Source: Fimicolochytrium jonesii
Taxonomy: Eukaryota
Length of the DNA stretch: 64,000 nt
Assembly (NCBI RefSeq): GCF_025526975.1
Contig: NW_026515702.1
Span: forward strand, 1-64,000
Direction of reading: 5' to 3'
Shown here: positions 62,233-64,000 of the stretch, piece by piece
Numbering within the stretch: the stretch's first letter is position 1
Layout: every line of letters begins with the position of its first letter
Notes under the pieces: generated by a model
The model's database searches: none
What the model was told of the DNA's origin: nothing
What the model saw: only the letters and a program-made list of their open reading frames with translations
Position numbers and translations under genes: made by a program

Positions 62233-64000
62233 ATGGAGGTGCTGTCGAGGAACCCTTACGGTAAGGCTTCCATCCATCCGTCCATCACTACGTCCATCGA
62301 CAGCAAGTCCCATCCATCCGGCGTCGATTGAGGGTCAGCGGTCAGGAGGTCGACATTGCGAAACGAAGGGCGAGCACTACGCGAAATCACGAGGGAACAT
62401 GCATCTGGTTGGAGAGACTGTGATCCTGGAGTAGACAGAGGTCAACGGTGGGGAATTATGGAGTGCTGCGATGCTCTGAGGGTGGGAAAGAAGGAGCAGC
62501 CGAGTGCTTGCGCGGAACAGTGGGAGTCGATTGCGGCACCGAGGATTGCATCTGGATTGGAGGGAATGACTGTGATCTCGACCCAAAACACACCTCAACA
62601 TGGGGCCGACGCTAAAGACACCTCCTCCCTCCCTCTACAGACCTCCTGGACGACGAGGGTGGCGACGCCCCCGTCGCAAAGGCTTCGCCTGCCAAAAAGG
62701 ACGACAAGAAGGCTGCTCCCGCTGCGGCCAAGAAGGACGCTGCTCCCAAGAAGCAGACTGAGAGGGCTCCTCGCAACGAGTACCCCCGTCGTGGTGGAGC
62801 TGCTGGCGCTCCCCGTGGTGGTGCTGATGGTGAGTCTCAGAATCCGTGGAGATCATGGGAATTGCTGGATGTTGGGAGAGTGATCGAGGCCGAGCGAAGT
62901 CGTTGACAAAGGCGGGCGGAGGCATGACAAAGTTGAGGAAGGGAAGGCCGAGGTAATTGCATCGAGCGACTTTCAGCGAAGTGACGGGCAGGCATCATGA
63001 GCGATGGTGAACGTGGGAAAAATGGGCCATTCGTCGAACGAAGCGAGGTGATTGCATTAAGCGACCGCCTGTTAAACTGCGCCTACGAGCGGCGAGAGCT
63101 CTCGGAAACGCAACGAGCTATGGAAGTTGTGGGATTCTTGCGAACCATTTAGCCCTGGTGGATCGTCTCCTCGAAGTAGCATTGGGTTGTCCGGCTATTT
63201 GCATTTCGGATTCACACACATCGGAAGGAACGCCTCGTCACTCATTTTCTCTCTTTCTTCTTCTCCATAGTTGCTCGCCCGCCTCGTCAGAACCGCGACG
63301 GCGGTGACTTTGAGACTCCCCGTGAACAGCGCGTCGCCGATGGTGAACGCCGTGAGCGCGGTGGATTCCGTGGTGGTCGTGGAGGCCGGGGCGGCAGCCG
63401 TGGTGGCTTCCGTGGTCGCGAATTCGACCGTCACTCTGGATCCGGACGCACCGATGGTGTCAAGAAGGAAGTTGCCGGTGCTGGCTCTTGGGGAAACCCC
63501 TTGACCGCCGAGGAGGAGGCTAAGGTCGATGTCGAGCCCGTCGAAGGGTGCGTTCGCATTGAAGCAGATTTCGGTTTGTTTCGCCTCATTACGAATCTCT
63601 AAACTGGTACCCCTCTCGATAGTGCCGAGAAGAAGGAAGGTGCCGAGACGCCGGTTGAGGAGGAGACACCCAGGGAGCCCGAACCCGAAGAGTCGTACAA
63701 GACGCTCGAGCAATTCCTTGCCGAGAGGACCAAGCCCGCCACCGAGGCCAAGGTGAGGAAGGCCAACGAAGGTGCGGACGATGCTCAATGGAAGAACGCC
63801 GTCCCTCTCAAGAAGGAGGAGGATGAGGAGTTGTTCGCCGATCTCCTCAAGGTAAGAAAGATTCTCAAATTCGATTCACTCAGAATCTGCAAACTAACGC
63901 CAATATTTCTACAGGTGAAGAAGGCCAAAGCCGCCGCCGCCAAGGAAAAGGCACAAAAGACCTTTGTCAACATCGACCAGCGTTTCGCCGACGAAGGCCG
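62233..64000 (+). CDS. Stm1/HABP4-SERBP1-like RNA/ribosome-binding protein, 3' truncated by the window
   Basis: Spliced N-terminus MEVLSRNPY-DLLDDE, RGG-rich region, REFDRHSGSGR, KKEVAGAGSWG, KTLEQF, RKANEG. Confidence 0.85.

Noticed and set aside
61300..63270. Possible C/D-box snoRNA words near and within the Stm1-like introns
   Set aside because: No convincing box pair, terminal stem or guide sequence.
1..64000. CRISPR arrays, rRNA, tRNA, prokaryotic operons
   Set aside because: None seen; the bacteria-like enzyme genes carry spliceosomal introns, which argues against bacterial contamination.

Overview
Intron-containing eukaryotic DNA, most likely an early-diverging (chytrid-like) fungus, judged from short GT-AG introns, a CBM18-CE4 deacetylase and an Stm1-type gene; the taxon is an inference. 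The main feature is a ~41 kb glycan-biosynthesis gene cluster (2.5-43.7 kb) in which 16 of 18 genes are glycan-related. It holds seven type II membrane glycosyltransferase genes (RXYLT1-like, PLOD-GT-like, GT32, GT31/Fringe, GT77, a STELLO+GT fusion, GT47), three membrane-anchored SAM methyltransferases, UDP-glucose dehydrogenase head-to-head with UDP-xylose synthase, and two TPT-family Golgi transporters. It also holds two genes that fuse a bacteria-style FAD oxidoreductase / NAD(P) epimerase / TIM-barrel isomerase module. Many cluster genes are divergent pairs whose promoters share ACGCGT and TTAC(A/G)T(A/G)A boxes. A sedolisin gene and a pICln gene interrupt the cluster, and decayed retroelements lie between and around its genes. 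The right third holds TE debris, a chitin deacetylase, a KH+SAM (Bicaudal-C-like) gene and a partial Stm1/SERBP1-like gene. All gene models and family calls come from reading motifs by eye; no database search was run.
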